Positions 28,941-38,999 of a stretch of 64,000 nt of DNA are shown piece after piece. Numbering within the stretch: position 1 is the stretch's first letter; every line of letters starts with the position of its first letter. A program made the translations under genes and the position numbers. Location of the stretch: the NCBI GenBank assembly GCA_038045425.1, contig JBBSYD010000032.1, forward strand, positions 36,417-100,416, in the 5' to 3' direction. The notes under the pieces were generated by a model, which was given only the letters and a program-made list of their open reading frames with translations, searched no databases and was not told the DNA's origin. The DNA is from Nanobdellota archaeon (lineage in GTDB: Archaea > Nanobdellota > Nanobdellia > Pacearchaeales > GW2011-AR1).

Positions 28941-29017
28941 ATTTAGGGTGTGTATGACAAAAGTATTATTTCTAAGTACACAATAAACCATATAAACACG
29001 CAACACATTCAAAATCC

Positions 29018-30802
29018 ATGGAAAATAAGGAAAGGAGGTATGAGGAACTCATTCAAGAAGCAAAGAACTTTCTCAAATCCAATAGAAAGCATATAGGAGA
29101 ATCAATTCGTACTGGAGAAAGAGTAGTAGTAATCAAGTTCACAACTATCTCAGAATACTCCCCAGATTTAGCAGAAGCAATACTAGAAACCCCAGAACCA
29201 GTAATAATTCTTCTTGAACAAGCAATGGACGAACTTGGATTCATCAAAGACCTAAGAGTAAGATTCTCAGAACTTCCAAAAACTGCTAAAACTAAAGTCA
29301 GAGAAATAAGAGCAAAACATCTTGACCAATTGATAGAGGTAGAAGGAATTGTTCGTCAGATATCTGAAGTTAGACCACAAGTAATTAATGCTAGGTTTGA
29401 GTGCCCAACTTGTGGAGCAATTCTTTCAGTTCGCCAAAGGGATAGAAAATTCGTAAAACCTTCTAAATGTAGTTGTGGTTGTAAATATGATTTTAAATTA
29501 CTATCGAAAGAAATGGTAGATACTCAATATATTGTAGTTGAAGAATCGCCAGATTTGTTAGAATCTGAAAAACAATCTACTGAAATTAATGTTTTACTAA
29601 AAGAGGATTTGGTAGACCCAAAAATGCAGAAATATATAATTCCTGGTAACAAAATTAAAATAATAGGGATAATAAAAGATATTCAGACTCCATTAAAAGT
29701 TGGTTCGAAAACAATCTCCAAAAAGAAGTTTATGATAGAGGCAAATAATATTTTTTCTCTGGAAGAAACGTTTGAATGTCTTCCTCTCAGTGAAGAAGAT
29801 ACTAAGGAAATAAAAGAATTATCCACTGATCCTAACTTATTCAAAAAGCTTGTCGAAAGTATATCTCCCAGCGTATATGGAAAAGAAGAAATAAAAGAAA
29901 CTATTCTTTTGCAGTTATTCGGAGGTGTTGAAAATAAAAAATCTGGTTTAGAATTAGTAAGGGGTGAAATTAATGTTTTACTTGCTGGAGCTTCGGGAGT
30001 TGCAAAAACAACAATTCTTAAATTTGCTTCTTCAATAGCTCCTAAAGGGAAATATTTTCAATGTAGAAGATCTAATGGAAACATTTCTGCAAAAACGATA
30101 AAATATTTTGGTGAATCAAGTTTAGAACCAGGAATAATTGTTCTTTCAAATAATGGAATACTTTGTTTGGATGAAATAGAGGATATTAGTAAGAAGGATC
30201 AAGAATCAATTTATAATATACTGAAGGATCAATCTGTTGAGATACCTAAGGTAGGAACTAAAATTGATTTAAAAATAAATATTGGATTACTTGTAGCAAT
30301 AAGCCCGAAAAAAAGATTTTATAACTGCGTGCCATTTACGGATCAAATTAATATTTCTAAAGATTTACTAAATATGTTTGATATAGTTTTTATAATCCAT
30401 GATGAACCTAATGAACATAATGATGGAGAAATTGCATCTCGTGTTCTTCAAGAGCATAAACAAGAAGTAAATGCTGAGTCTATACCTCAAAAACTATTAA
30501 GAAAATATATATTTTATGCTAGACAAAAGATTAAACCTGTACGAACGGACATTGCAATTAAAGAAATTACCAAATTTTATTCTGAATTAAGACAGAGTAA
30601 CTCTAAATTTTCAGATGTGTATATTAATGTTAGAAATCCAGAGAGTATAATGAGATTAGCTGAGGCACACGCAAGAATGCGACTTTCCAATCAGGTAGAT
30701 TTAGTTGACGCCAGAAAAGCAATAGAATTGTTTACCGCATCTTTAAAAAGTCAAGGTGGGTTAGATCCTGATTCTGCGCTTGAAAAATATCCTGAAAATT
30801 AA
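29018..30802 (+). CDS. mcm: MCM-like AAA+ replicative helicase homolog (divergent, 594 aa)
   Basis: N-terminal C4 zinc finger (CPTCG...CSCGC) and OB region. Walker A GASGVAKTT, Walker B CLDEIED. NMFDIVFII sits where MCM has SRFDLIF, so the arginine-finger R is absent. Confidence 0.65.
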   Translation: MENKERRYEELIQEAKNFLKSNRKHIGESIRTGERVVVIKFTTISEYSPDLAEAILETPEPVIILLEQAMDELGFIKDLRVRFSELPKTAKTKVREIRAKHLDQLIEVEGIVRQISEVRPQVINARFECPTCGAILSVRQRDRKFVKPSKCSCGCKYDFKLLSKEMVDTQYIVVEESPDLLESEKQSTEINVLLKEDLVDPKMQKYIIPGNKIKIIGIIKDIQTPLKVGSKTISKKKFMIEANNIFSLEETFECLPLSEEDTKEIKELSTDPNLFKKLVESISPSVYGKEEIKETILLQLFGGVENKKSGLELVRGEINVLLAGASGVAKTTILKFASSIAPKGKYFQCRRSNGNISAKTIKYFGESSLEPGIIVLSNNGILCLDEIEDISKKDQESIYNILKDQSVEIPKVGTKIDLKINIGLLVAISPKKRFYNCVPFTDQINISKDLLNMFDIVFIIHDEPNEHNDGEIASRVLQEHKQEVNAESIPQKLLRKYIFYARQKIKPVRTDIAIKEITKFYSELRQSNSKFSDVYINVRNPESIMRLAEAHARMRLSNQVDLVDARKAIELFTASLKSQGGLDPDSALEKYPEN

Positions 30803-32208
30803 AATCTTCGTCCGCCGCCTCTAGAACCACCAAAGCTTCTGTTTCCACCAAAACTTCTGCCTCTTGATGAACTTTCTCCACCTCTACTTGAATATCCTCT
30901 GCCTCCACCTCTGCTATCTCTACCGAAACTTTTTCCTCCTGAACTTCCACCTGAACGTCTTTCTCCTCCGCCATATCCTCCGCTTCGAGGTCTGTCGCCT
31001 CCGAATCTTCTTCCTCCTGAACTTGGACGGCCGAATCTTCTCCCATATCCTCCATGCCCGCTGGATTCTTGATCGTCTCTTCTAAAATTAACAAATATCT
31101 TCTCCATGTCTGTTGGCATCTCTACTTTATCGATTTTTATTTCTGGGTCTCTTAGAACATCTCTGAAATTATCATAGTCTCTTACTGAAACGATGTTAAT
31201 AGCAATTCCATCTTCTCCTGCTCTTGCAGTTCTTCCTATTCTGTGAATGTAATCTTTACTGGATGAAGGTAAGTCATAATTGTATACGTGAGAGACGTTT
31301 TTAATGTCTAATCCTCTGGCTGCAACATCGGTACAAACTAAAACTGAGATTCTTTCTGCTTTGAATTTTTCCATAACATAGTTTCTCTTTGATTGACTTA
31401 ACCCGCCGTGAATTGGAATAGCATCAATTCCTTGTTTTTGTAAATTATTTGCTACAAAGTCCGTATTTCTTTGGGTGTTACAGAAAATCATAATCAATCC
31501 GGGATGTTCTTTCTTTAATAGATGAACTAAAAGAGAAAATTTCTCATCTTGAGGAACATCGTAATAGACTTGCTTTAATTTAGTAGGATCTACATATTGC
31601 TCGATTGCTATATATGTTGGAGAGTTCATATATTTCTTTACAAGATGTTCAATGTCTGGAGAAATTGTTGCAGAGAATAACATTGTTTGTCTTTGTTCTG
31701 GACATAATTTGATAATTTTTGTTACGTCATATATGAATCCCATATCGAGCATTCTGTCTGCTTCATCGAGAACAAGAGTTTTTACATGTCTTAAATCTAA
31801 AGTTCTTCTTTCTAGATGGTCAAGAATTCTTCCAGGAGTGCCAACAACTATGTCTGCATCCTGTAGATCATTAATTTGAGGATTTATTCCTGCTCCACCA
31901 TAAATTGCAACTACAAATAATTTTTTATGCTTTGCGAACTTGTGAATTGAATCTGCTACCTGTTCTGCTAATTCTCTTGTTGGGGTGAGAACAAGTGCTT
32001 GAATTCCTTTTCCTCTTTCGGCTTTATCAATTATACTTGCTCCGAATGCTAATGTCTTTCCAGAACCTGTTGCTGAACCTGCAATTATGTCTTTACCCTG
32101 CATCGCTAGTGGAATTGCTTTCTCTTGAATTTCTCGTGGGCCTTCAAAACCTTGATTTTTCAAAGTCAGAGAGAGCTCATCGCTTAGTCCTAATTTCTTA
32201 AATACCAT
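30799..32208 (-). CDS. DEAD-box ATP-dependent RNA helicase with C-terminal RG/G-rich tail
   Basis: Q motif (EIQEKAIP), AGSATGSGKT, DEAD, SAT, HRIGRTAR. C-terminal roughly 90 aa are Gly/Arg-rich. Confidence 0.85.
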   Translation of the reverse strand: MVFKKLGLSDELSLTLKNQGFEGPREIQEKAIPLAMQGKDIIAGSATGSGKTLAFGASIIDKAERGKGIQALVLTPTRELAEQVADSIHKFAKHKKLFVVAIYGGAGINPQINDLQDADIVVGTPGRILDHLERRTLDLRHVKTLVLDEADRMLDMGFIYDVTKIIKLCPEQRQTMLFSATISPDIEHLVKKYMNSPTYIAIEQYVDPTKLKQVYYDVPQDEKFSLLVHLLKKEHPGLIMIFCNTQRNTDFVANNLQKQGIDAIPIHGGLSQSKRNYVMEKFKAERISVLVCTDVAARGLDIKNVSHVYNYDLPSSSKDYIHRIGRTARAGEDGIAINIVSVRDYDNFRDVLRDPEIKIDKVEMPTDMEKIFVNFRRDDQESSGHGGYGRRFGRPSSGGRRFGGDRPRSGGYGGGERRSGGSSGGKSFGRDSRGGGRGYSSRGGESSSRGRSFGGNRSFGGSRGGGRRF

Positions 32209-32381
32209 TGTACTTGTTTTATACGCTATACTTTATTACGAAGAAATAGTGCAATTAAATTGCCTGTTCTTCAAACACATTATATGTATTAATATTATAT
32301 AGATAAAAAGGAGGCTTTTAAAGCTATGCCTTTGAAAATTTAAAAAGTTAGATTTATAATCTTAGTCAAAAAGATATTTTT

Positions 32382-32864
32382 ATGAGTCTGAAAGAAAATA
32401 AGATTAAAAAAGGAAAAGAAAGTTTAGTAGATACTCTCGGAAATATAACTTATCCCCTGATAGTTGGAGGGATTATAGATTATGCTTCAGGTTTAAGAGG
32501 GTTTGGAATTCTTGCTTCTAGGTCTTATGCTACACTGATTAACGTCCCCGCTGGCGCCCCGTATGGAAAATGGAGAAATTTAATATTTAAAGTTACTAAA
32601 ACAACTGATGAAAGTAGCAGAATAAGACAATCTTTAACAGATTTACTTGCGTTTAACAGCTTTCAAGTTCCATTGTATTCAACAGTAATTGCTGTAGGTA
32701 GTTTGATATCTGAAGGAAGTATAAATTGGGAAAAAGTTAAACATGGTGCAGAATATTTAGCAATTACCTCTCCAGTTATTGCTCCGACTATGGGTTTGTA
32801 TATGGATTGGTTAAGAAAAACCTTTAAATTAAAATCTGCACCAGAAAAGGCTAATGTAAGTTAG
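32382..32864 (+). CDS. hypothetical membrane protein
   Basis: 160-aa ORF with hydrophobic segments. Confidence 0.4.
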   Translation: MSLKENKIKKGKESLVDTLGNITYPLIVGGIIDYASGLRGFGILASRSYATLINVPAGAPYGKWRNLIFKVTKTTDESSRIRQSLTDLLAFNSFQVPLYSTVIAVGSLISEGSINWEKVKHGAEYLAITSPVIAPTMGLYMDWLRKTFKLKSAPEKANVS

Positions 32865-32989
32865 ATAAACTTTTATTGAAACTGGCTTTGTCCGATAAGT
32901 AGGTTCTGTCCGAATAGTCAATAAAACTACCCTAGAGGACACAAGGGCGATTAAACCCTTATGAACCCGACTAGGCTACCCGAATATGA

Positions 32990-33193
32990 TTATTTTAGGC
33001 TCTGTAACAGATTTTTAAGATAAGTATATCTCTCAGAACGAGTATTCTTAATAGCTTCATATATACTTTTTGTGTAAGTCTTTCCTTCCAAATTATTATA
33101 GACATAAGTTTCTAATTTCTTCAATAATCTTATTTCTTTTTGTACACTTCTAGCTATTTTCATTATTTTCTTTTTAGCTTCCTTAGTCATCAT
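32990..33193 (-). CDS. small hypothetical protein (transposon cargo)
   Basis: 67-aa basic ORF. Confidence 0.3.
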   Translation of the reverse strand: MMTKEAKKKIMKIARSVQKEIRLLKKLETYVYNNLEGKTYTKSIYEAIKNTRSERYTYLKNLLQSLK

Positions 33194-33420
33194 ATAAAAT
33201 CAATTAGATTTAACTTTAAATTACCTTCCAACCTCTAGGAAGTGGTTAAATTAAAAAGTATATTTCTTACTCTAATAATGTTTATATAATTAGTATACTA
33301 ATTAACATAGGCAGTATGGTATGATGGGCGATATGCTTAATGCCCCCGAAAGGGATTCAACCGCCGAGGTTGCTGAAAGCTCAGACCCCATTAGAGCTGC
33401 CAAATTAGGATTTTTATAAT

Positions 33421-34965
33421 GTGGCAAGTTCAACATTAGGATTTAAGGTGGATGAAGAGAGATTAATAGTTTCTAACTTAAAAAAGTCATTTACTATTAT
33501 TTCAGAATATTCTAACCCAAAACAAAGAATTTTATCTAGACTGGAAATTAAAAAAGAAAGCAAAAAAGTTATTGTAAACTTCTACGCTACGGGCAAATGC
33601 TTGATTCAAGGTAGTGACGGAGAATTATTTGATTCCATTAAGAAGAGTATATTAGATGGTGGATTGGTCGAAATAAAAAATGAAAAACAACAAAAGTTTA
33701 TAGCAGAATTGAATGAAAATGATTTTTATAAAGAAAAAGAATTTATTGTTGGTTTTGACGAAGCAGGCATAGGAGAAACTATTGGTTCTGCAGTTTTCGC
33801 AGCAGTTATACTGCCTAGAGAAATTTTACATATATTTTCAGATTTAAGAAAAGATATTAAGTCTCTTTCTCCTTCTGAATTAAATTATTATTGTGAATTA
33901 ATAAAAAAGAAAGGCATTCGCTATGAGTATATAACTACTTCACCATATGAAGTCTGTAATTCAGGAATTACTAAAAATAGATTAATGGACAGAAAATATG
34001 TTGAATTAATAAGGAAGCTTGCACCGAATCTTAATAAAAATTATATTTTAATGTTAGATGATTATGGTGTAAGGGAAGATATAAGGGAATATTTGAAAAA
34101 CTTAGATAAACAAGGTATTACGTCTATATGCCGAGATAAACTAGACGAATATATAACTGCTTGTAAATTAGCTTCAATTATTGCAAGACATGTAAGATAT
34201 TCTGAAGTTCAAATGCTAGAGAAAAATAATCGTATTTTAATTGAAGGAAAAGAGATAAGTTTTGGAAAAGGAGGAAATGGAGAAGAAACCACTAACTGGC
34301 TTAAACAATTTAGGACTTTGTACCCGACACAAGACTTCCCAGATTTCATTAAAAAAGCATGGAGCAATGTGGTAGAAATAGAAAAGTCCATGCCTAGACA
34401 GGTAATTCCATTATCATTTACTTGCGATGGTTGTAAAAAGTCTTTAAAACGTATATTTGCATATCACACAAAAGATGAAGATAGCCTAAGATTCTATTGC
34501 TCTTTGTGTTATAAGCTATTAGAGAAAAACCTACTAAAAACAAGGGGGTTTCCATATATATTAGCTGATACAAATTCTCTAATAATCGGTACAATAAGCC
34601 ATGACCTTCGATGTTTAACATCTATTTTTGAAGGTTCGAAATTACTTATTCCCTATAAGATTATAGACGAAATCGATACAATAGGAAAAGGCAAGAAATT
34701 AGGAGCACATAAAGAATTGGAAAGATTGAAAGTTCTTGAAACAGAAGGAAAGATAAAACTTCATCATTGTGACTTTGAAGTCACCCACCCATTTGATGCA
34801 GATAAAAAGCTTTACGATTTAATAGCCAAAAATAATAGTTGTGCTCTTATTACTGCTGATAAAAATCTAGCTATTGCAGCTCAAACCAATGATTCTTTTG
34901 TTTTTCATCTTATAAATTATATCCCTGAATCTAAAATAGAATCTGATTCTACGAAATTGAATTAA
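33421..34965 (+). CDS. RNase HIII-like (TBP-like N-domain plus RNase H catalytic domain) fused to a zinc ribbon and a C-terminal PIN domain
   Basis: VIVNFYATGKCLIQGSD resembles the RNase HIII N-domain (ITAYKSGKVLFQG). GFDEAGIGETIGSAVFAAVIL, DIKSLS and CKLASIIARHVR parallel the RNase HII/HIII motifs (DEVG/DEAG, DSK, AASIIAR). CDGCKK...CSLC forms a zinc ribbon. The C-terminal PIN has acidic residues in LADTNSLI, IIDEID and ITADKNLA. Confidence 0.6.
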   Translation: MASSTLGFKVDEERLIVSNLKKSFTIISEYSNPKQRILSRLEIKKESKKVIVNFYATGKCLIQGSDGELFDSIKKSILDGGLVEIKNEKQQKFIAELNENDFYKEKEFIVGFDEAGIGETIGSAVFAAVILPREILHIFSDLRKDIKSLSPSELNYYCELIKKKGIRYEYITTSPYEVCNSGITKNRLMDRKYVELIRKLAPNLNKNYILMLDDYGVREDIREYLKNLDKQGITSICRDKLDEYITACKLASIIARHVRYSEVQMLEKNNRILIEGKEISFGKGGNGEETTNWLKQFRTLYPTQDFPDFIKKAWSNVVEIEKSMPRQVIPLSFTCDGCKKSLKRIFAYHTKDEDSLRFYCSLCYKLLEKNLLKTRGFPYILADTNSLIIGTISHDLRCLTSIFEGSKLLIPYKIIDEIDTIGKGKKLGAHKELERLKVLETEGKIKLHHCDFEVTHPFDADKKLYDLIAKNNSCALITADKNLAIAAQTNDSFVFHLINYIPESKIESDSTKLN

Positions 34966-34967
34966 TG

Positions 34968-37631
34968 TTATAAATTTGAGCTATAAGGTAAAGATTTTAT
35001 ATAATTCTCCATAAATTCCCAATCTGGATTACCTTTTTTGTCTTTTGGTAGTTTAATCTTCATTTTTTTCAGTTGAGAATTAACTATTGCTCTGCCATAG
35101 GAGAATTTATCTTTCATTTCAAAGTTGAATATTGTAATTAGGAACATAGCCACATCTTTTGTAATCTTATTGTCTTTTGTTCTTATAATATTAATCTTAT
35201 TTCCTGTGAAAAATGGTTCTTCTTGGTAAAATGCTCTAACTCCCTCTGCTCCGATTGTTATGCAATCCCCAATTTCAGGTATTTCCTCATCATGTAAAAT
35301 CTTACCAGCATAACCATTATTAAATGCACTACGAGTAATGTAATTAACTCCTCCCATAGAAAACTCTACGTTTACTTTATGAACAGGTGTTCCCAAAGTA
35401 ACATCAAAAATATCATTTACATTAAACTCTTTCCAGTTGTCGGTATTTATCTTTTTGTTTTCGTTCTTTTCAGAATAAATCTTATTCTCATTCAGAATCT
35501 CCATAAAAGTTAATTCGTCAATATTTTTGTCTAAGATATCAAGTTTTAATTTTATCTTGAATATAATGTAGTCTTTTATACTCTTTGTAAAAAGATTAGA
35601 TTCAAGATATGTATAATCTGTCTTGCTGTGTGCCTGAATAATCCACTCATCTCTTTGATTTATTTTAGTTTTAACGAGATGAAAACCATCACTAAATTTA
35701 TCTGGATTATTTAATTCCTCTAAAAGTTTCTTCCTTATATTTGCCCATTTATCCAAGGCGTCAGTTCTACCTCTATTTTTAGATAAAACCAAACCATCAT
35801 CTTCTAAATTATAAAAGACTATTTCTTTATTATTGTGCGGTTTATTTGTTTCAAAAACAGCTATTGCAGTGTGAGTTGTGGCGTTTGGTCTAAACAAGTC
35901 TTTTGGCATATTAATAACACATTTTAAGGTATGCTTTGATAAAATTCTCTCTCTGGTGTCCTCGTCTTGCATATAAGTTGAAAGAGGAGCAATAATCACA
36001 CCAAACCTACTAACTTTGTCTAATAAATTTTCTAAGAATTGGATTTCTTTTTTAGTTGGATTATCTTTATTATCTTCTCCCCCATAAGGCGGATTTATGA
36101 AACCTATTGTCGGAGATATTCCATCTTTTTTAAGATTACCTAAGATTTCATTTGCTTCTTTTGAAAATGAATCTACGTTGAATATCATGGATTTACCATC
36201 TCCTCTAAAAAGCATATTAGATATTGAAAGAGCATACATGGTAGAGCTTTTCTCAAATCCGATTAACTGGTGTTGTTTTATATTTTTAATTAATTCCGCT
36301 TTGTTTCTTATGTTTGATTGATTAATTTCTAAGATTATTTTATTCATAGCAGATATTAAAAATGCTCCAGTTCCACAGCACGTATCAAGTATTACATCAT
36401 TATTCTTTATTTCCACTAGTTCTGTAAATAGTTTAGTTATATGACTTGGTGTTAAAACTATTCCATTTTTCACATTGCTTATTCCTGCATATCTCAAAAA
36501 TTCTTCATAAAATTTACCTAAGATATCATAATTTGTTTCTTTAGAGAATAAGGGAATAACATTTTTATCCAATTCTTCTAAAATTTCTTTTAAGATGTCT
36601 GTATTGTTTAGGTCTTGGTCTGTCTTGATAAAGGATAGTTCATTTGTTAAAACTTCTATTTTGTCCTTTGGTATCTTCTCATCTTTTAATATTTGAGTTA
36701 TTGTAGTTGGAATATTATTTATTATAGTCTTAGGATTCCAACCAATATATCCATCTTTAAAGTCGTTCTTATCTCCTCTGGTAAATAAACAAATCATTAA
36801 ACCGCTAAGTAAAACAGGTCTTTTTTGAGAATCTAAAGAACGAAGTTTATTGTTTATCTTCTTTGAAGATTCAGATACTTCTCTAATCAATCTTTCCATA
36901 TCTACATTTTCAAAAAATGAGAGGTATTCTTCTTCGTTCAATATTTCTTTAGTTTCTATATCTTTTATCTCGTTCTTATTTATAATAAAAGTAGAAATAA
37001 GATGGCTATACAAATCAAGGATATTACCAGATACGGCTATCCCAACAATCTTCCAATTCTTCAAATACTTTCTAGTTGTTTCAGGTAAGCTACTAACATA
37101 AGTATCTGTAAAGAAAGACAGATAATGTTTTATTCCATCTATTGCATAATTTTCAGGGTCGTTTCCTTCTTTAGACTGATGTTGCTTAATTGTATCTTTA
37201 TTTTCAAGCAAAATTATTAATTTGTTTGCTTCATTGATATATAACAAATCTGGCTCTCCACGATTTCCAGTTTTTCTTTTACTTGCTTTATCTAAAATAG
37301 ATTGAATGACTTTATTATCTGTTTTTTTAATATCCCAAGAGTTCTTATATTTTTTATTATCTTTTATAAAATTATATAAAAATATATCTTTCTTCGCTTC
37401 ATTTTTTCTTTCGTTACTCATGTCTTTTCCTCCAAGAATTTCTCTATAAGCTTTTCCACTTTGTCCGATTTGTTTATTGAGTTTTCTTCGCAGAAGTCGT
37501 TGAATCTTTTGAGAGTTTCTGGAGCTAGAGTTACACTTAAATGCCCCTTTTTCACCTCTCCTCTCCTCATAGCTTAATGATAAGTTATTACTTTTTATAT
37601 CTTGCGTATCCATATTATTAATGTTACTCAT
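34968..37631 (-). CDS. Type IIG restriction-modification enzyme (single chain: PD-(D/E)xK endonuclease, gamma-class N6-adenine methyltransferase and target-recognition domain)
   Basis: N-terminal GEPDLLYI...LIILLENKD is a PD-ExK motif. VLDTCCGTGAFLISA is MTase motif I and GFINPPYGG is motif IV (NPPY). The C-terminal roughly 230 aa are HsdS-like TRD. Size and domain order resemble MmeI. Confidence 0.7.
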   Translation of the reverse strand: MSNINNMDTQDIKSNNLSLSYEERRGEKGAFKCNSSSRNSQKIQRLLRRKLNKQIGQSGKAYREILGGKDMSNERKNEAKKDIFLYNFIKDNKKYKNSWDIKKTDNKVIQSILDKASKRKTGNRGEPDLLYINEANKLIILLENKDTIKQHQSKEGNDPENYAIDGIKHYLSFFTDTYVSSLPETTRKYLKNWKIVGIAVSGNILDLYSHLISTFIINKNEIKDIETKEILNEEEYLSFFENVDMERLIREVSESSKKINNKLRSLDSQKRPVLLSGLMICLFTRGDKNDFKDGYIGWNPKTIINNIPTTITQILKDEKIPKDKIEVLTNELSFIKTDQDLNNTDILKEILEELDKNVIPLFSKETNYDILGKFYEEFLRYAGISNVKNGIVLTPSHITKLFTELVEIKNNDVILDTCCGTGAFLISAMNKIILEINQSNIRNKAELIKNIKQHQLIGFEKSSTMYALSISNMLFRGDGKSMIFNVDSFSKEANEILGNLKKDGISPTIGFINPPYGGEDNKDNPTKKEIQFLENLLDKVSRFGVIIAPLSTYMQDEDTRERILSKHTLKCVINMPKDLFRPNATTHTAIAVFETNKPHNNKEIVFYNLEDDGLVLSKNRGRTDALDKWANIRKKLLEELNNPDKFSDGFHLVKTKINQRDEWIIQAHSKTDYTYLESNLFTKSIKDYIIFKIKLKLDILDKNIDELTFMEILNENKIYSEKNENKKINTDNWKEFNVNDIFDVTLGTPVHKVNVEFSMGGVNYITRSAFNNGYAGKILHDEEIPEIGDCITIGAEGVRAFYQEEPFFTGNKINIIRTKDNKITKDVAMFLITIFNFEMKDKFSYGRAIVNSQLKKMKIKLPKDKKGNPDWEFMENYIKSLPYSSNL

Positions 37632-37654
37632 GTTATTTATAGTATTAATATTAT

Positions 37655-38887
37655 TTATATCTTTGCTTCCATCTCAACAATAAAGTCAGGTTTAATTCCT
37701 CTACAAAACATTTCCATAATTACACAGCAGATATTATGGCAAATTACTTTACATAAAACCTCATTTACTTGAGCGTTCCATTTCTTAGAACGAACAGAAT
37801 CGCCAAACTTAGATTTTATCATATACACCGAGGTCTCCGCGTTTGACCTCTGGTGATATGATTGTAAAAATTCCTCATTGTGTAAAGCAAAATAATGATA
37901 AAGTCTTTTCCAGATTCCACCTTTTCGACTTGGAGTAGAATTTATCTTAAATGGAATAAATGCCTTAGTTCCACTATTTTCTATTAACTCTAAATTATCC
38001 CTTGATAAGTAGGCTTTATCCGCACTTAATTCTTGCATATCAAAGAACTCTTTAGCTGTTTGATATAATTGTTTAAGCTGTGGGCAGTCATTATCAAATT
38101 CAGAAGTTATCTTAACGCTGGTAATTCCATTTGTAATTGTTCCAGTAATGAAATGACATTTAACCCATTTTCTTGAACTTATGGCTTTTCCATGCTTGAA
38201 TGAATACCATCTTTGAAAATTAGAAGTTCCAAATCCCGTGCTGTCTATGGCAAATTTCCTATCAATCTCTTTTAGAGGCAAGGCAGTGATTGTTACTAAT
38301 TGGCTAAGTAAATCGGTTAATTCTTCTTTATTGAAATAATCTGACATAGAACTTCTTGGTGTGATACTTTCTATGAAGTTACTTGATTTTGCCTGTTCCA
38401 TATCTGACGTGAATCTTCTACTTGAAAAAGTGGAATAAACTTTGAAAATCATAGAATAAATAGTATCTCTCAAAGAATTTTTAGGTTTACCAAAAGTATA
38501 AGGTCTCTCTTGTATTTTGCTTGTTAAGTCTGCTAGGAGCTTCATAAACAACTCTTTCTCTTTCGTTTGAGCTAGATTATAGTTATGCCAATCTTGAGCG
38601 TAGGTGACCTTCTTAGTAGCGGTTATAGTCACATTACCTTGCTTGTCTACTTCGTGAGTTACTATAAACTCAACTGCCCAAATATGTTTACACTTACATC
38701 CTCTCTCTTTATGGTCTTTGCAATTACATGAAGTATTATCTCCTCTGCTCTTAACAAAGTAAAATCCTGCTCCAGACTGGCTTGGAACTTTCCATCTACC
38801 TTTTTCATCTTGAACTATTCTTGAAGTCTGAGCTATTACTAAGCCTCTTTGTTTTCTTACTTCGATTGGATTATATTGTGTTTCCAT
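37655..38887 (-). CDS. DDE transposase (IS4/IS5-like DDE_Tnp_1) with N-terminal SWIM zinc finger
   Basis: CNCKDHKERGCKCKHIW is a SWIM finger (CxCx(n)CxH). The DDE candidates are AIDSTGF, LSADKAY and RSNAETSVYMIKSKFG. Confidence 0.7.
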   Translation of the reverse strand: METQYNPIEVRKQRGLVIAQTSRIVQDEKGRWKVPSQSGAGFYFVKSRGDNTSCNCKDHKERGCKCKHIWAVEFIVTHEVDKQGNVTITATKKVTYAQDWHNYNLAQTKEKELFMKLLADLTSKIQERPYTFGKPKNSLRDTIYSMIFKVYSTFSSRRFTSDMEQAKSSNFIESITPRSSMSDYFNKEELTDLLSQLVTITALPLKEIDRKFAIDSTGFGTSNFQRWYSFKHGKAISSRKWVKCHFITGTITNGITSVKITSEFDNDCPQLKQLYQTAKEFFDMQELSADKAYLSRDNLELIENSGTKAFIPFKINSTPSRKGGIWKRLYHYFALHNEEFLQSYHQRSNAETSVYMIKSKFGDSVRSKKWNAQVNEVLCKVICHNICCVIMEMFCRGIKPDFIVEMEAKI

Positions 38888-38999
38888 GTTATATTTAGAT
38901 ACCTAATCTATATAAATCTTTCGGTATCTAAAATCTTACTTGGAAGTAGATAAATTAGACACCTAAAAGTTTATAAATCGTAGATACCTAAAATAATTA

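Noticed and set aside
27586-29012. Short ORFs inside or antisense to the thermosome gene (27586..27795, 27642..27842, 28463..28660, 28710..29012)
   Set aside because: They are embedded in a highly conserved chaperonin coding region and are spurious frames.
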